A DNA stretch of 51,924 bases, from positions 1 to 51,924 of the forward strand of contig JBGGMJ010000210.1 of assembly GCA_041288095.1 (NCBI GenBank), read 5' to 3'. Source of the stretch: Myxococcota bacterium. Its GTDB lineage: Bacteria > Myxococcota > XYA12-FULL-58-9 > JALHOP01. Position 1 is the first letter of the stretch. Every line of letters starts with the position of its first letter. A model generated the notes under the pieces. That model had not been told where the DNA came from. It worked only from the letters and a program-made list of their open reading frames with translations, and did not search any database. Of the stretch, positions 8,213 through 18,373 are shown in pieces. The translations under genes and the position numbers were made by a program.

Positions 8213-11200
8213 GGCAAAGCCTGGCGGTCCAGCCTCAAGAGATACCCCAAGCACCCGTCGAGCACGTACATGGCGGCGTCTCCCGGGAGCGGCGTCACGC
8301 CCGTGAGGCACTTGGTGACGTTCTCGGGGAAGGTGTCGCGTGGCGGCGCGCCGTAGATGGTTTGCACCGTGTCTTCGCCGGTCGGCACGCCGTCCGCTCC
8401 AGCGTTGACGATGCGAACCGAGGTGGTGCTCGTCACCAGTAGGTCCCCGTAGCCGTCGAAGGCGACGCCGAGCGGCGCCTGGGCCGCGAAAGCGCGCGCC
8501 GGCGTCCCGGAGCCCGCGCCCGAAGGCGTGCCGTCACCGAGCACCGTCTCGATGATCGACGACGGTGAGATGTCGCCCGAGACCTCGGCGATGATGCGGC
8601 GGACACGGTTGTTGCCGGTGTCGGCGATGTAGAGGCTGCCGTCGACCGGGCTCACCACGATGGCGGAGGGGAATGTGAGATAGGCCTCCCCCGCCGCACG
8701 GCCGTCACCAGCGAAGCCGCGAAGCCGCGTCCGCCCAGCGAATGTGGAGACCTGGCCTTGCAGGACATCGATGCGCCGGATGACGTGGTTGCCGGTGTCC
8801 GCGACCCAGAGGACGTCTCGTGTCGCGTCGTAGGTAACGCCGACGGGTCCGTTGAAGGTGGCGTCGGAGAGTGGGCCGTCGTCGTAGCCGAGGCCCAAGA
8901 AGCCGGCGTAGGTGTCCACCGTCCAAGTGCTGCTCGCGCCCGCCACGTTGAGGGTGCGAATCCGCTGCGTCGCTTCCTCGACGAAGTACACGATCTGCCG
9001 CGCGTCGTCGTAGGTGATCCCCGTGGGGTTGGCGAGGAGTTGCAGATAGCGAGCGCGATCACCGGGCAACAAGGCCTCGACATAGCCGTTCGGGTAGCCG
9101 ACCACGGTGCTCACCCGCAACGCTGAATCGTCGAAGAGACGGATGCGACCGGGCTCACCGTCCGCGATCAGCCAGCGATTGTTCGCTATCGCGGTCAAGG
9201 CGCCGGGATGCGTGAGCTCGCCGGTCGCCGCCGGACCGTCGCCCACTGCATCGACGAGGCCGATGATGGTGGAGATCTCGGTGCCGACGATCTTGCGAAT
9301 GGTCTGGGTGCCGTTCACCGGTCCGTTGCTACCGAGATAGATGCCGTCCGGGCCGCGCTGGATGGTCGCGCCACCAACCGCCCCGGCCGCGAGCGCCGGG
9401 CCTCCATCACCGCCGAACCCCGAGGTGCTCACCGCTACCGGGCGAATGAAGGCGCCTGGGGTCAGCGAGTCCAAGCGGCGCAAGCGCGAGTCCGCAATCA
9501 GCAAACCCGTGCCGTCGATGGCGATGCCGCCGAGCGCGGCGAGCTGCGCGGAGGTGCCGGCTGCGTTGTCACCACAGGCATTGTAGCCAACCGCGCACGG
9601 GGTGCCGGTGCCGGCGATGGTTTGAATGGTGCCGCCGGTGATGGTGCGCACGCGCACAGTGCCGCGGTCGCTGAAGACGATGGTCTCGCCGTTGCCGAGC
9701 ACACGGATGGTGCCACGCGAAAACTGCGGGTCGACCGTGCCGAGCTGCGCGGCCGTGGGCGCGTTGCCGTCCCCACAAGTCGCGGTCGAGCACGCCGTAC
9801 CGTCGCCGGCGAAGGTGCTGATGTTGCCGGACGCCGCGTCCACCTTGCGAATGCGACGATTGCCACAGTCGAGGATGTACATGTCGCCGCTGCTCGCGAA
9901 GTCGATGTCGCACGGTTGGTTGAGCTGCGCGTTGGTCGCGGGCTGAACCGCCGCCGAGAAGCCGGAGGATCCGGTGCCGGCGATACGCGTGATGATGTTG
10001 GTCGTCCCATCGATGCGGTAAATCGTGTGGCCGTAGGAATCCACGACCACGATGTCGCCGTTCGGACGCAGACGCAGTGTCGTCAGCAGCGAGAAGCTCG
10101 CATCGATCGCCGGGATGCCGTCCGGAACCGTCTGGCTGCCGCCACCCGCGACCCGCTCGATGACGCCGGTCGTGGCGTTGGCGCGCAGGACCGCGTTCGG
10201 CGACGCGTGCGTCAGGTAGATGTCGCCGTTCGCGGCGAGCTCGAAGCTCTTCAAGCTGGGGAGCGCCGTGCCGGTGAACCCCTGGCCGACGATCAAGCCA
10301 CCGTAGGGTGGGCTTGCGGCGACTTCGTTGACGATGCCCCCTTCGATGACGCGGATCTTGATGACGGCGCTGGCGCCGCCACCGGTCTGTTCGCTGAAGG
10401 CAACGCCGCCACCGTCGATGAAGGCGAGATTCAACGGCGCCATGTTGGCGGCGAGCGCCGAGCCACCGTCGCCGGTCGAGCCATTCACGCCCGTGCCGCC
10501 AATGGTTACGAGTCGGCCGCTGAGATCGACCATACGCAGCTTGTTCTGCTCGACGAAGAGCACCTCACCGGTGACGCGACGCTCGAGATCCGAGAGATTG
10601 CCAGTGACTTGAATGGGGCTGGTCGCGGCGATGCTGCCGTCGGCGGAAACTCCCCCCGGTGAGCCGGTGCCGGCGAAAATGTAGGTGGCGTCTGCCTGCG
10701 AGTCGTAGCGGACGATACGGTCGTTACCGGTGTCGAGAATGTAGACCATGCCGTCGGGATCGACGGCGATCCCCGCCGGCTCGTTGAGGAGAACGCTTTC
10801 GCCCGGCTCGCCCTCGGGGAGATCGCTGCCCGGCATGAACAAGGTCCCAACGAGCACGTGCGACACGGCCTGGCCGGCGGGGATCATGCGCAACACATGC
10901 GAGCCGTCGGTATAGAAGAGGTTGCCTGAAGCGTCGAAGCCCAGATCGCGTACGGAAGGCATCGGCATGCCGGTCGCGAGGCCGCCGGATGGGCAACTCG
11001 TGCCCGGTGTGAAGCAAATGTTGCCGTTGCCCGCTATAACATTCAGTCGACCGGTCACAGGATCGATGCGGCGAATGTAGAGAGCATCCGCGAAGTACAA
11101 AGCACCTAGCGAATCGATAGCCATGTGGCGGACATTGCCGATGTCGGTGCCGCGGGCGATTTCGCCATTGAGCGTGGCGCCGCCCCCGCAGTTTCCCGAG

Positions 11201-11958
11201 CCGGCGACGGTGGTCACGGAGTCGTTCAACCGATCGATGAGCACGACGCGGCAGGTGACGAAGTCGGAGGCATAGATGCGGCGGTCGAGATCGGCAACCA
11301 GACCGGCGAGGCTCGCGAACGTCGCGGCCGCGGGGGTAGCGCCGGAGGAGCCGCGCCCCACCAGCACGGTTGGATTCCAGATGGTCGCGGCGCAGTTGTC
11401 GCAGCCGTCGTTGGGATTGTCGTTGGCGTCGTCACACGCTTCACCCGCGTCGACCTCGGCGTCGTTGCAGACCTCGACCTTCTTGCAGTCGGCCCGGCAG
11501 CCGTCGCCGCTCGTCGTGTTGCCGTCGTCGCAGACCTCTTTGCCGTCGTCGACCACGGCGTCACCGCAGCTCGCGTCACGACAGGTGGTGCGGCAGGCGT
11601 TCGGCGCGCTGTCCGAGTTCGACGCACCGTCATCGCATTCCTCGGCGGCACTGGGGTCCACGAAACCGTCACCGCATGCGGACGTGAGGCATTGTCCATC
11701 GAGGCAGACGCCGCTGGCGCCGGTGCGCTGCGTGCAGCTCGTGCCGTTGGCGACCGAGCTGAAGCCCCCCGCCGCCTCGACGACGCAGGACTGGGTGGCG
11801 TCGACGCACAAGCGCACGTCGAGGAGACACCGCTGCCCGTTGAAGCAGTCTGCGTCGGAGGCGCAGGTCACGCGCGCCCCGGGGGGCACCTCGAGTTGGG
11901 TACTGCAGGCGGCGAGCAAGAGGACGGCAAGAGCGGTTGGGCGAATCACGGGCGCCAT
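8209..11958 (-). CDS. Large lipoprotein with Myxococcus cysteine-rich repeats and many NHL/beta-propeller repeats
   Basis: Lipobox LAAC; repeated CGDG..EECDDGN units; repeated IADTGNNRVR / FAGDG / IAGTG motifs. Confidence 0.88.
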   Translation of the reverse strand: MAPVIRPTALAVLLLAACSTQLEVPPGARVTCASDADCFNGQRCLLDVRLCVDATQSCVVEAAGGFSSVANGTSCTQRTGASGVCLDGQCLTSACGDGFVDPSAAEECDDGASNSDSAPNACRTTCRDASCGDAVVDDGKEVCDDGNTTSGDGCRADCKKVEVCNDAEVDAGEACDDANDNPNDGCDNCAATIWNPTVLVGRGSSGATPAAATFASLAGLVADLDRRIYASDFVTCRVVLIDRLNDSVTTVAGSGNCGGGATLNGEIARGTDIGNVRHMAIDSLGALYFADALYIRRIDPVTGRLNVIAGNGNICFTPGTSCPSGGLATGMPMPSVRDLGFDASGNLFYTDGSHVLRMIPAGQAVSHVLVGTLFMPGSDLPEGEPGESVLLNEPAGIAVDPDGMVYILDTGNDRIVRYDSQADATYIFAGTGSPGGVSADGSIAATSPIQVTGNLSDLERRVTGEVLFVEQNKLRMVDLSGRLVTIGGTGVNGSTGDGGSALAANMAPLNLAFIDGGGVAFSEQTGGGASAVIKIRVIEGGIVNEVAASPPYGGLIVGQGFTGTALPSLKSFELAANGDIYLTHASPNAVLRANATTGVIERVAGGGSQTVPDGIPAIDASFSLLTTLRLRPNGDIVVVDSYGHTIYRIDGTTNIITRIAGTGSSGFSAAVQPATNAQLNQPCDIDFASSGDMYILDCGNRRIRKVDAASGNISTFAGDGTACSTATCGDGNAPTAAQLGTVDPQFSRGTIRVLGNGETIVFSDRGTVRVRTITGGTIQTIAGTGTPCAVGYNACGDNAAGTSAQLAALGGIAIDGTGLLIADSRLRRLDSLTPGAFIRPVAVSTSGFGGDGGPALAAGAVGGATIQRGPDGIYLGSNGPVNGTQTIRKIVGTEISTIIGLVDAVGDGPAATGELTHPGALTAIANNRWLIADGEPGRIRLFDDSALRVSTVVGYPNGYVEALLPGDRARYLQLLANPTGITYDDARQIVYFVEEATQRIRTLNVAGASSTWTVDTYAGFLGLGYDDGPLSDATFNGPVGVTYDATRDVLWVADTGNHVIRRIDVLQGQVSTFAGRTRLRGFAGDGRAAGEAYLTFPSAIVVSPVDGSLYIADTGNNRVRRIIAEVSGDISPSSIIETVLGDGTPSGAGSGTPARAFAAQAPLGVAFDGYGDLLVTSTTSVRIVNAGADGVPTGEDTVQTIYGAPPRDTFPENVTKCLTGVTPLPGDAAMYVLDGCLGYLLRLDRQALP

Positions 11959-12036
11959 AGTAGCCGGTCAGCCGACGCGCGGGCCATGCGCTAAATCACA
12001 AGTGGAAAACCACATCCGCACCCTCTAAACTCGGGC

Positions 12037-12480
12037 GTGGACTCCCTAAACCCCTATGCCGCTCCGGCCGCCCAGCTCGTCCCCGAGGTGGTCGCGGTCA
12101 CGGAAGGGAGCGTCGGCGGCGCCGTGGTCGAAGAGCTTGGCGCGAGCAAGAGCTGGCTCGCCGGCATGGGCGCGTTCGGCATCGCCGCGAGCTGTCTCAT
12201 GATGGGCACCTCGGCCTTCAGGGCGAGCCTACGCGACGAAGCCGGGCTGCACCTCGTCGCTTTCGTGTTGGCGGCGCTCTATGTGGCGCCGGCCATCGCC
12301 CTCTTGCGCACGGCCGGCGCGGTGAAGCGACTCGGAGGCGCCCCGACCGGCCAGAACCTCGCCGAGGTGACACGACGCCTCGCGACCTTCTGGCGGCTCG
12401 CGGGGGTCATTACCGCCGCGGCCGTCGGCGTCACGCTCGTCGTCAATTTCTTCATGCGCATGTTCCTGAGGGCCGTGTGA
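12037..12480 (+). CDS. Small membrane protein (DUF5362-like)
   Basis: NPYAAP N-terminus, three hydrophobic segments, FWRLAG motif. Confidence 0.65.
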   Translation: MDSLNPYAAPAAQLVPEVVAVTEGSVGGAVVEELGASKSWLAGMGAFGIAASCLMMGTSAFRASLRDEAGLHLVAFVLAALYVAPAIALLRTAGAVKRLGGAPTGQNLAEVTRRLATFWRLAGVITAAAVGVTLVVNFFMRMFLRAV

Positions 12481-12863
12481 CCGCACCCGCGGCCGTGTCC
12501 GACGCGGTGGTCGCGCACGTCCGCGCCATGCGTGGGTGGCTGCGCTTCTTCGCGGTCACCGCCGTCGTGGTCACGCTCTGGCTGTTGCAGCTGGAAGGCG
12601 CGAGCCTGCTCGACCTCTTGGTCGGGGCCGCTCGGCCGCGACTCGAGCATCTTCTCACGCTGGTGACGGTGATCACGCTCTCGGTTTGCGCACACCTGAT
12701 ATGGCGTCAGGCAAACGCCGCGACCCGCTTCGTCGCGGCGCCTTCCGAGGAGCTCTTCGTGACGGTAACGTCGGAGATGCGCCGCTTCTGGCGGATCTGC
12801 GGACCACTCGGCGTTTGTCTCGGAGGCTTGCTGCTCGTCGGCTTCTTCGCGGCAGCGAGCTAG
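12477..12863 (+). CDS. Small membrane protein, likely paralogue of the previous gene
   Basis: WL...FWRICG pattern like the preceding ORF; GTGA overlap. Confidence 0.6.
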   Translation: MTAPAAVSDAVVAHVRAMRGWLRFFAVTAVVVTLWLLQLEGASLLDLLVGAARPRLEHLLTLVTVITLSVCAHLIWRQANAATRFVAAPSEELFVTVTSEMRRFWRICGPLGVCLGGLLLVGFFAAAS

Positions 12864-12870
12864 GTAACGC

Positions 12871-13614
12871 ATGCGCGTCGACACCCTCCACCACGTCGAG
12901 ACCCCGGAAGGCGTCGAGCTCGCCCTGCGCTGTGCCGGTCCGGTGCCACGTGCCTTGGCGTGGGGCGTCGACCTCGTGATCCGCGGCTTCGCGGTAGCCA
13001 TCCTCGCGGCCGCCTTGCAGTGGTTCGGCAGCGCCAGCATGGGTCTCATTCTCCTCGTGCTCTTCGTCGCCGAGTGGCTCTACCCCGTGCTCTTCGAAGT
13101 GCTCTGGCACGGCCGCACCCCCGGTAAGCGCGCGTTCGGCCTCACTGTTGTCCGCGATGACGGATTGCCGGTCGACTGGGGCTCGTCCTTCCTGCGCAAC
13201 CTCTTGCGCACCGCCGACTTCTTGCCCGGCATGTTCGGCGCCGCCCTCGTAAGCATGATGGCGACCAAGAGCTTCAAACGACTCGGCGATCTGGCCGCGG
13301 GCACCATCGTCATCTACACCGCGAGCGAGCTTGCGCCGGCCTGGCGGGTCGAGCGCGGCAAGGGCATGCAGCCACACGCGCCGGTTGTACCGCTCACTCT
13401 CGACGAGCAACGCGCCGTCATCGCCTTCGCGGCGCGGGCACCGGCGCTCGGGCCGTCGCGTGCCGACGAGCTCGCGCTGGTCGCGGCGCAGACCTTGGAC
13501 GGCCGCAGCCACTCCACCTCCAATCCTAGCGAGCGCGTCATCGCCGTCGCCGCGTGGCTCCGCGAAAGTGGACACACGTCGGGTGACGCCGGCATCGAGA
13601 GCGAAGCGTCATGA
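12871..13614 (+). CDS. RDD family membrane protein
   Basis: TPEGVEL, RALAWGVD, GRTPGKR, KRLGDLAAGT. Confidence 0.92.
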   Translation: MRVDTLHHVETPEGVELALRCAGPVPRALAWGVDLVIRGFAVAILAAALQWFGSASMGLILLVLFVAEWLYPVLFEVLWHGRTPGKRAFGLTVVRDDGLPVDWGSSFLRNLLRTADFLPGMFGAALVSMMATKSFKRLGDLAAGTIVIYTASELAPAWRVERGKGMQPHAPVVPLTLDEQRAVIAFAARAPALGPSRADELALVAAQTLDGRSHSTSNPSERVIAVAAWLRESGHTSGDAGIESEAS

Positions 13615-14582
13615 ACCAGAACGCCTTCTGCGTGCTCGCCGAGCCCAACTGGCGCAAGCTCGACGAGCTCCTCACCGAGCTGGAAGGCGGCAAGCGTCCG
13701 GATCCGACGGGGCTGCCGCGCCTCTTTCGCCAAGTCAGCAGGGACCTAGCGGTGGCGCGCTCGCGTGGCTTCGACAGCGCCTTGGTCGAGCGCCTCAACA
13801 CCTTGGCGTTGCGCGCGCATCAGGTGGTGTACGTCACGCGCCGTGGCTCGCTGTCGCGATTCGCGGGCTTCTGGACGCGTACTTTCCCGCGCGCCGTGCG
13901 TGGCGAGTGGCGCTCCATGGTGACCGCCCTTTTGCTCTTCTACGGCGGCGGACTCGTCTTCATGCTCGCGGTGCTCGCCTCACCCGACCTCGCCTATCGC
14001 TTCATGAGCCCGTACGAGATCGATCAGATGCAGCAGATGTACGATCCGGCGCGCGAGATGATCACCCGACCGGGCGGCGCGAACAGCGATCTCGCGATGT
14101 TCGGCTTCTACATCTACAACAACGTCGGCATCGCCTTCCGCACCTTCGCCTCCGGCTTGTTCTTCGGGCTCGGCAGCTTCTTCTTCGTCGCCTTCAACGG
14201 CCTGGTGCTCGGCGTGGTCTCCGGGCACCTCATCAACGTCGGCGCCGCCAACGTCTTCTTTCCGTTCGTCATCGGCCACGGCGCGCCCGAGCTCACGGCG
14301 ATCGTCATCTCGGGAGCGGCTGGCTTTCGCATTGGCTGGGCGTTGGTGGCACCTGGGCGTCTGCGCCGCGCCGAGGCCCTGAAGGTCGCGGCCCGCGCCG
14401 TGCTGCCGCTGGTGTACGGCGCCGGCGGTATGCTCGTGCTCGCCGCCTATCTCGAAGGGTTTTGGTCGGCGTCCGCGGCGCCAAAGACGGTGAAGTACGG
14501 GGTCGGGGCCTGTTTGTGGATCGCTACCGCCGGGTATCTCCTGTTGGTCGGCCGCCATCGCGGAGCGCACCGTGCAGCTTGA
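13611..14582 (+). CDS. SpoIIM/DUF95 family membrane protein
   Basis: YIYNNVGIAFRTFASG, FNG, HGAPELTAI, EGFWS. Confidence 0.92.
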   Translation: MNQNAFCVLAEPNWRKLDELLTELEGGKRPDPTGLPRLFRQVSRDLAVARSRGFDSALVERLNTLALRAHQVVYVTRRGSLSRFAGFWTRTFPRAVRGEWRSMVTALLLFYGGGLVFMLAVLASPDLAYRFMSPYEIDQMQQMYDPAREMITRPGGANSDLAMFGFYIYNNVGIAFRTFASGLFFGLGSFFFVAFNGLVLGVVSGHLINVGAANVFFPFVIGHGAPELTAIVISGAAGFRIGWALVAPGRLRRAEALKVAARAVLPLVYGAGGMLVLAAYLEGFWSASAAPKTVKYGVGACLWIATAGYLLLVGRHRGAHRAA

Positions 14583-16056
14583 GCAAATCGTCCTCGGCAT
14601 GCGCCAGCGATCCGGCTGGGAAGCGCTCGATCTTGGGTTCGCCCTGGTGCGCCACGCGTTCCGCGACATCTATGCGGCGCTCTTCGTCGTGGCGGTCCCC
14701 CTCGCCGCCCTTGCCGTGACCTTGGGGCAACTCACCGAACCGCTCTACGGCTGGTTGTTGCTTTGGTGGGCAAAGCCAATCCTCGACGCCGTCACCTTGT
14801 CGGTGCTGGCACGCGCGCTCATCGGCGAGCGCTCGAAGGTGAGCCGCGTGTTCACCACCGTACCGCGCGGCATCCAGCGGCATCTGCTGGGAGCGCTGAC
14901 CCTACGCCGTTTGTCGCCATCGCGAACGTTCACCATGCCGGTGCGCCACCTAGAGGGCCTCTCGAGCAAGGACGCGCGTCGCCGCATCGCGACCCTCGCG
15001 ATGAATCACCGCGGCAGCGCTCAGCTCGCTTGCGTGGTCCTCATGGTGTTCGAGGTCGCGCTCATCTTGTGTGGCCTGCAGGCCATGGCGATGTTCACGA
15101 CCACGCCGATGAGCGGCGAGACCTCGATGTTTCCCGAGAGCGTTCCCAGCGCGGTCGCGGTGCTCAACACCTTCGTCGCCATGCTGGTCCTCGAGCCGGT
15201 GTTCGCCGCCATGGGCTTTGCCCTCTACGTGAACCGTCGCGTCGAGCTCGAGGGCTGGGATCTCGAGCTCGCGTTCCGAGCACTACGCGCCCGTGTGCAA
15301 CGCAAGAGCGGGGGCAAGGTCGCGGCGATGGTCGCGCTGGCTCTCTTGATGCTCCTACCCACCCTCGCGTCCGCGCAAGGCGAAGAGCTGGTGGGTCCAC
15401 CGCCGCCGCCGTCCAAGGTGATCAAAGAGGTGCTGGCGCATCCCGACTTCGATCCGTGGCGGCCGACGGAGCGGTGGATGCCGGTCGAGAAGCCGAAAGA
15501 GGCGGACGAAGAGGCCGACCTCGCCGAAGCGCCCAACATACCCTTCGCGGCGATCGGCACCATCATCGCCGAAGCGATGCCGTACGTGCTCGGTGCTGTC
15601 GGCCTCGCGCTCGTCGTGCATCTCACGCTCATCATGTTGCGCAACCGTGTCGGCCGTTCCGTGCTCGAGCAGCTCACTCCGCGCGGCGACGACGAGCAAG
15701 CACCCGCGAAGAAGTTGGTGATCGCGGGCGATGTGGTCGGTTCGGCGCGCGCCGCCTGGCAACGCGGCGAACAGGCGCTGGCTCTAAGCATCCTCTATCG
15801 CGGATCGATCGGCTACTTCGCGAGCCACGCGCAGGTCGACTTCCCCGAGGGCGCGACCGAGCAGGAGTGCATCGCGTTGGTGCGCCGCAAGACGTCGACA
15901 TCGCCGGCAACAGAGGCCTTCACGGCCATAGCCAGAAGCTGGCAACGCTGCGCTTACGCACACACGCTGCCTTCCGCGAGCGAGTTCGATTCGCTGTCAC
16001 ACGCTTACAGCGCGACCTTCATCGCGGTCACCGTTCCAGAGGAGCCCGTCGCTTGA
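14572..16056 (+). CDS. Membrane protein with C-terminal DUF4129 domain
   Basis: WEALDLG, YVNRRVELEGWDLEL, ALSILYR, TEQEC, WQRCAYAH; operon context. Confidence 0.85.
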   Translation: MQLEQIVLGMRQRSGWEALDLGFALVRHAFRDIYAALFVVAVPLAALAVTLGQLTEPLYGWLLLWWAKPILDAVTLSVLARALIGERSKVSRVFTTVPRGIQRHLLGALTLRRLSPSRTFTMPVRHLEGLSSKDARRRIATLAMNHRGSAQLACVVLMVFEVALILCGLQAMAMFTTTPMSGETSMFPESVPSAVAVLNTFVAMLVLEPVFAAMGFALYVNRRVELEGWDLELAFRALRARVQRKSGGKVAAMVALALLMLLPTLASAQGEELVGPPPPPSKVIKEVLAHPDFDPWRPTERWMPVEKPKEADEEADLAEAPNIPFAAIGTIIAEAMPYVLGAVGLALVVHLTLIMLRNRVGRSVLEQLTPRGDDEQAPAKKLVIAGDVVGSARAAWQRGEQALALSILYRGSIGYFASHAQVDFPEGATEQECIALVRRKTSTSPATEAFTAIARSWQRCAYAHTLPSASEFDSLSHAYSATFIAVTVPEEPVA

Positions 16057-17393
16057 GTCCGGGGTTCAAGACCGCGCTCGGCTACCTGTCTGCTTTGGCG
16101 GTGCTCGAGGCGCTCGCCATCTACGTGATGGAGAACTACGAACGGGTGCGCGTACCCGAGTGGGTCGGCTATGCCGGCGAGGCCCATCGCAACGATTATC
16201 TCGCGGCGCAACGCTTCGTGGTGGCGATGGGTCGCGAAGCACGCGGCATCGAGACACTCTACGGCGAGTCGGCGATGCCGCCGACCGAGGGGACCATCCT
16301 CGTCTCCGGCGACAGGCGCCTCATGAGCCCGGCCCAGCACCGCCGCTTGCTCGACTGGGCCCAAGCTGGTGGCGACCTCATCGTCACCGTCGGCGACGAC
16401 GTGAGCAAGGACGCCGTGCTGAAGGCCATCGGCGTCCGCCTCTTCGAGGAGGCCGGGTATGGTCTGTATCTACCCAACGAGTACATGACCGAGCCCGAGA
16501 ACTGGGTGACGTTCGATCCGACCCTCGACGAGGCCCAAGCTGATGACTCCGGAGCCACCGCTGCAGCGGACGAGAACGAGGACGCCACGGCCGACGACGA
16601 CGGCGCCGATCACGTGTTCGCCGAGGACGACGAACACGAGGACCTCGAGGTCGGGGAGGCCGCCGCGCCCGCGCGCGACGTCGACGACGCCCCACGGCAG
16701 CTCGTGCACGTCCCCGGCTCGCGTGAGATCTACAATGTCTCGCCTTCGGCGCACGAGCTGGTGAGCGAGAACCCAGGTGGCTGGCAGGTGACCGGGCGGA
16801 CCGGTGCTTACGCGGTGCGCGAGCCTCATGGCGCCGGCACGGTGACAGTGCTCGGTTCGCTCTGGTTCATCGAGAATCAGATGATCGGCGAGGTAGACCA
16901 CGCACCGTTCTTCTGGGCCATCCTCGCCGCCAACGGACATCGTGGACCGGTCTGGTTCGTGTTCGGCGACGATGCTCCTTCGATCTGGACGAGCATCGCC
17001 GAGCACGGCTGGCCGGCGCTCGCGACCCTCGGGCTCGTGGTCGTCTTGTTGCTCTGGCGCCACATGCCGCGCGTCGGCGCCCCGATCGCGCCGCTCGCCC
17101 CCATACGCCGCGAGCTCATCGAGCATGTCGACGCGACCGGTAGGTTCCTCGTCGATCACGGCGGCGACCACGTGCTGACCGCGAGCGTCCAGAAACACGT
17201 GAAACGCCGACTCCTCATGCGCTACCCCCAGGTCGCCGCCCTACCCGAGCGCGAACGCCGCGGCCGCCTCGCCCAGCTCGCCAAGCTGTCCCCGTCCGAA
17301 GTGGATGCTATCTATCGTCCGCAGGTCGGACTCTCGCGTAACGACTTCGTTGCCGTCCAACGCGTTCTCGAAAGGTTGAGCCAGAATCCATGA
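16053..17393 (+). CDS. DUF4350-domain membrane protein
   Basis: Start moved to TTG 16053 (GAGGAG RBS, overlap with upstream stop). LLDWAQAGGDL, NQMIGEVDHA, RRELIEHVDATGRF. Confidence 0.82.
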   Translation: MSPGFKTALGYLSALAVLEALAIYVMENYERVRVPEWVGYAGEAHRNDYLAAQRFVVAMGREARGIETLYGESAMPPTEGTILVSGDRRLMSPAQHRRLLDWAQAGGDLIVTVGDDVSKDAVLKAIGVRLFEEAGYGLYLPNEYMTEPENWVTFDPTLDEAQADDSGATAAADENEDATADDDGADHVFAEDDEHEDLEVGEAAAPARDVDDAPRQLVHVPGSREIYNVSPSAHELVSENPGGWQVTGRTGAYAVREPHGAGTVTVLGSLWFIENQMIGEVDHAPFFWAILAANGHRGPVWFVFGDDAPSIWTSIAEHGWPALATLGLVVVLLLWRHMPRVGAPIAPLAPIRRELIEHVDATGRFLVDHGGDHVLTASVQKHVKRRLLMRYPQVAALPERERRGRLAQLAKLSPSEVDAIYRPQVGLSRNDFVAVQRVLERLSQNP

Positions 17394-18373
17394 GCACGGT
17401 AGCCGCCGCCCCCTCGAACCTCGATCAATCGATGCGGCTCGCCCAGGCGATCCGCGAGCAAGTCGCCCGTGCCGTCGTCGGCCAGCGTGAAGTCGTCGAC
17501 CAGGTGCTCGTGGCGCTCTTCGCCGCGGGTCATGTCTTGGTCGAAGGCTTACCCGGCCTCGGCAAGACGTTACTCGTGCGCGCGCTGGCGCGGACGTTCC
17601 GCGGTCAGTCGTCGCGCATCCAATTCACGCCGGACCTCATGCCGAGCGACATCACCGGTCACACGATGTTCGACATGACGAGCGGCAAGTTCACGACCCG
17701 CCAGGGTCCAATCTTCACGAACTTGCTCATCGCCGACGAGATCAATCGCGCGCCCGCGAAGACGCAGGCGGCAATGCTCGAGGTCATGCAGGAGCGGCAG
17801 GTGAGCCTCGACGGCACCGCCGTCGCCTTGCCGCCACCGTTCATGACACTCGCGACCCAGAACCCATTCGATCACGAGGGCACCTATCCCCTACCCGACG
17901 CCCAGCTCGACCGCTTCTTGTTGAAGGTGCTTATCGGCTACCCCGCGCAAGACGAAGAAGTCGCGATGGTCAGCAAGGTGACGCGCGGCGAGATCGGCGA
18001 CCAGCTCTTGCTCGACGCGGTGGAGCCGGTGGCGACGCCCCAGGACATCCTGGCGATTCAGCACGCGGTGGCGGCGTTCGACGTCGATCAACGCGTCATC
18101 GACTACGCGGTGCGCATCTGCCGGGCGACGCGCGCCTGGCAAGGCGTCTCCGTTGGAGCCGGCCCCCGTGGGAGTCTTGCGCTCGTCCGCGCGGCCCGCG
18201 CGGCGGCGCTGCTCGACGGTCGCAACTTCGTGACCCCCGATGACGTCAAGGCGATGGCGTTGCCGGCCCTACGTCACCGCGTGAGCCTGTCGGCCGAGCT
18301 CGAGCTCGATGGCCAGTCGCACGACATGGTGCTGCCGGCGATCCTCGAGACTGTCGAGGCCCCGCGTCTGTGA
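17390..18373 (+). CDS. moxR: MoxR family AAA+ ATPase
   Basis: GHVLVEGLPGLGKT, RIQFTPDLMPSD, DEINRAPAKTQ, ATQNP, EGTYPLPDAQLDRF. Confidence 0.96.
   Translation: MSTVAAAPSNLDQSMRLAQAIREQVARAVVGQREVVDQVLVALFAAGHVLVEGLPGLGKTLLVRALARTFRGQSSRIQFTPDLMPSDITGHTMFDMTSGKFTTRQGPIFTNLLIADEINRAPAKTQAAMLEVMQERQVSLDGTAVALPPPFMTLATQNPFDHEGTYPLPDAQLDRFLLKVLIGYPAQDEEVAMVSKVTRGEIGDQLLLDAVEPVATPQDILAIQHAVAAFDVDQRVIDYAVRICRATRAWQGVSVGAGPRGSLALVRAARAAALLDGRNFVTPDDVKAMALPALRHRVSLSAELELDGQSHDMVLPAILETVEAPRL

Noticed and set aside
8209..11958. NHL protein as an RHS/teneurin-type toxin
   Set aside because: No YD/RHS repeats, RHS core motif, toxin tip or immunity gene.
14763..16052. N-terminal 430 aa of the 876-aa ORF
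   Set aside because: Arg/Pro-rich off-frame read-through overlapping the DUF4129 gene; the real start is TTG 16053.
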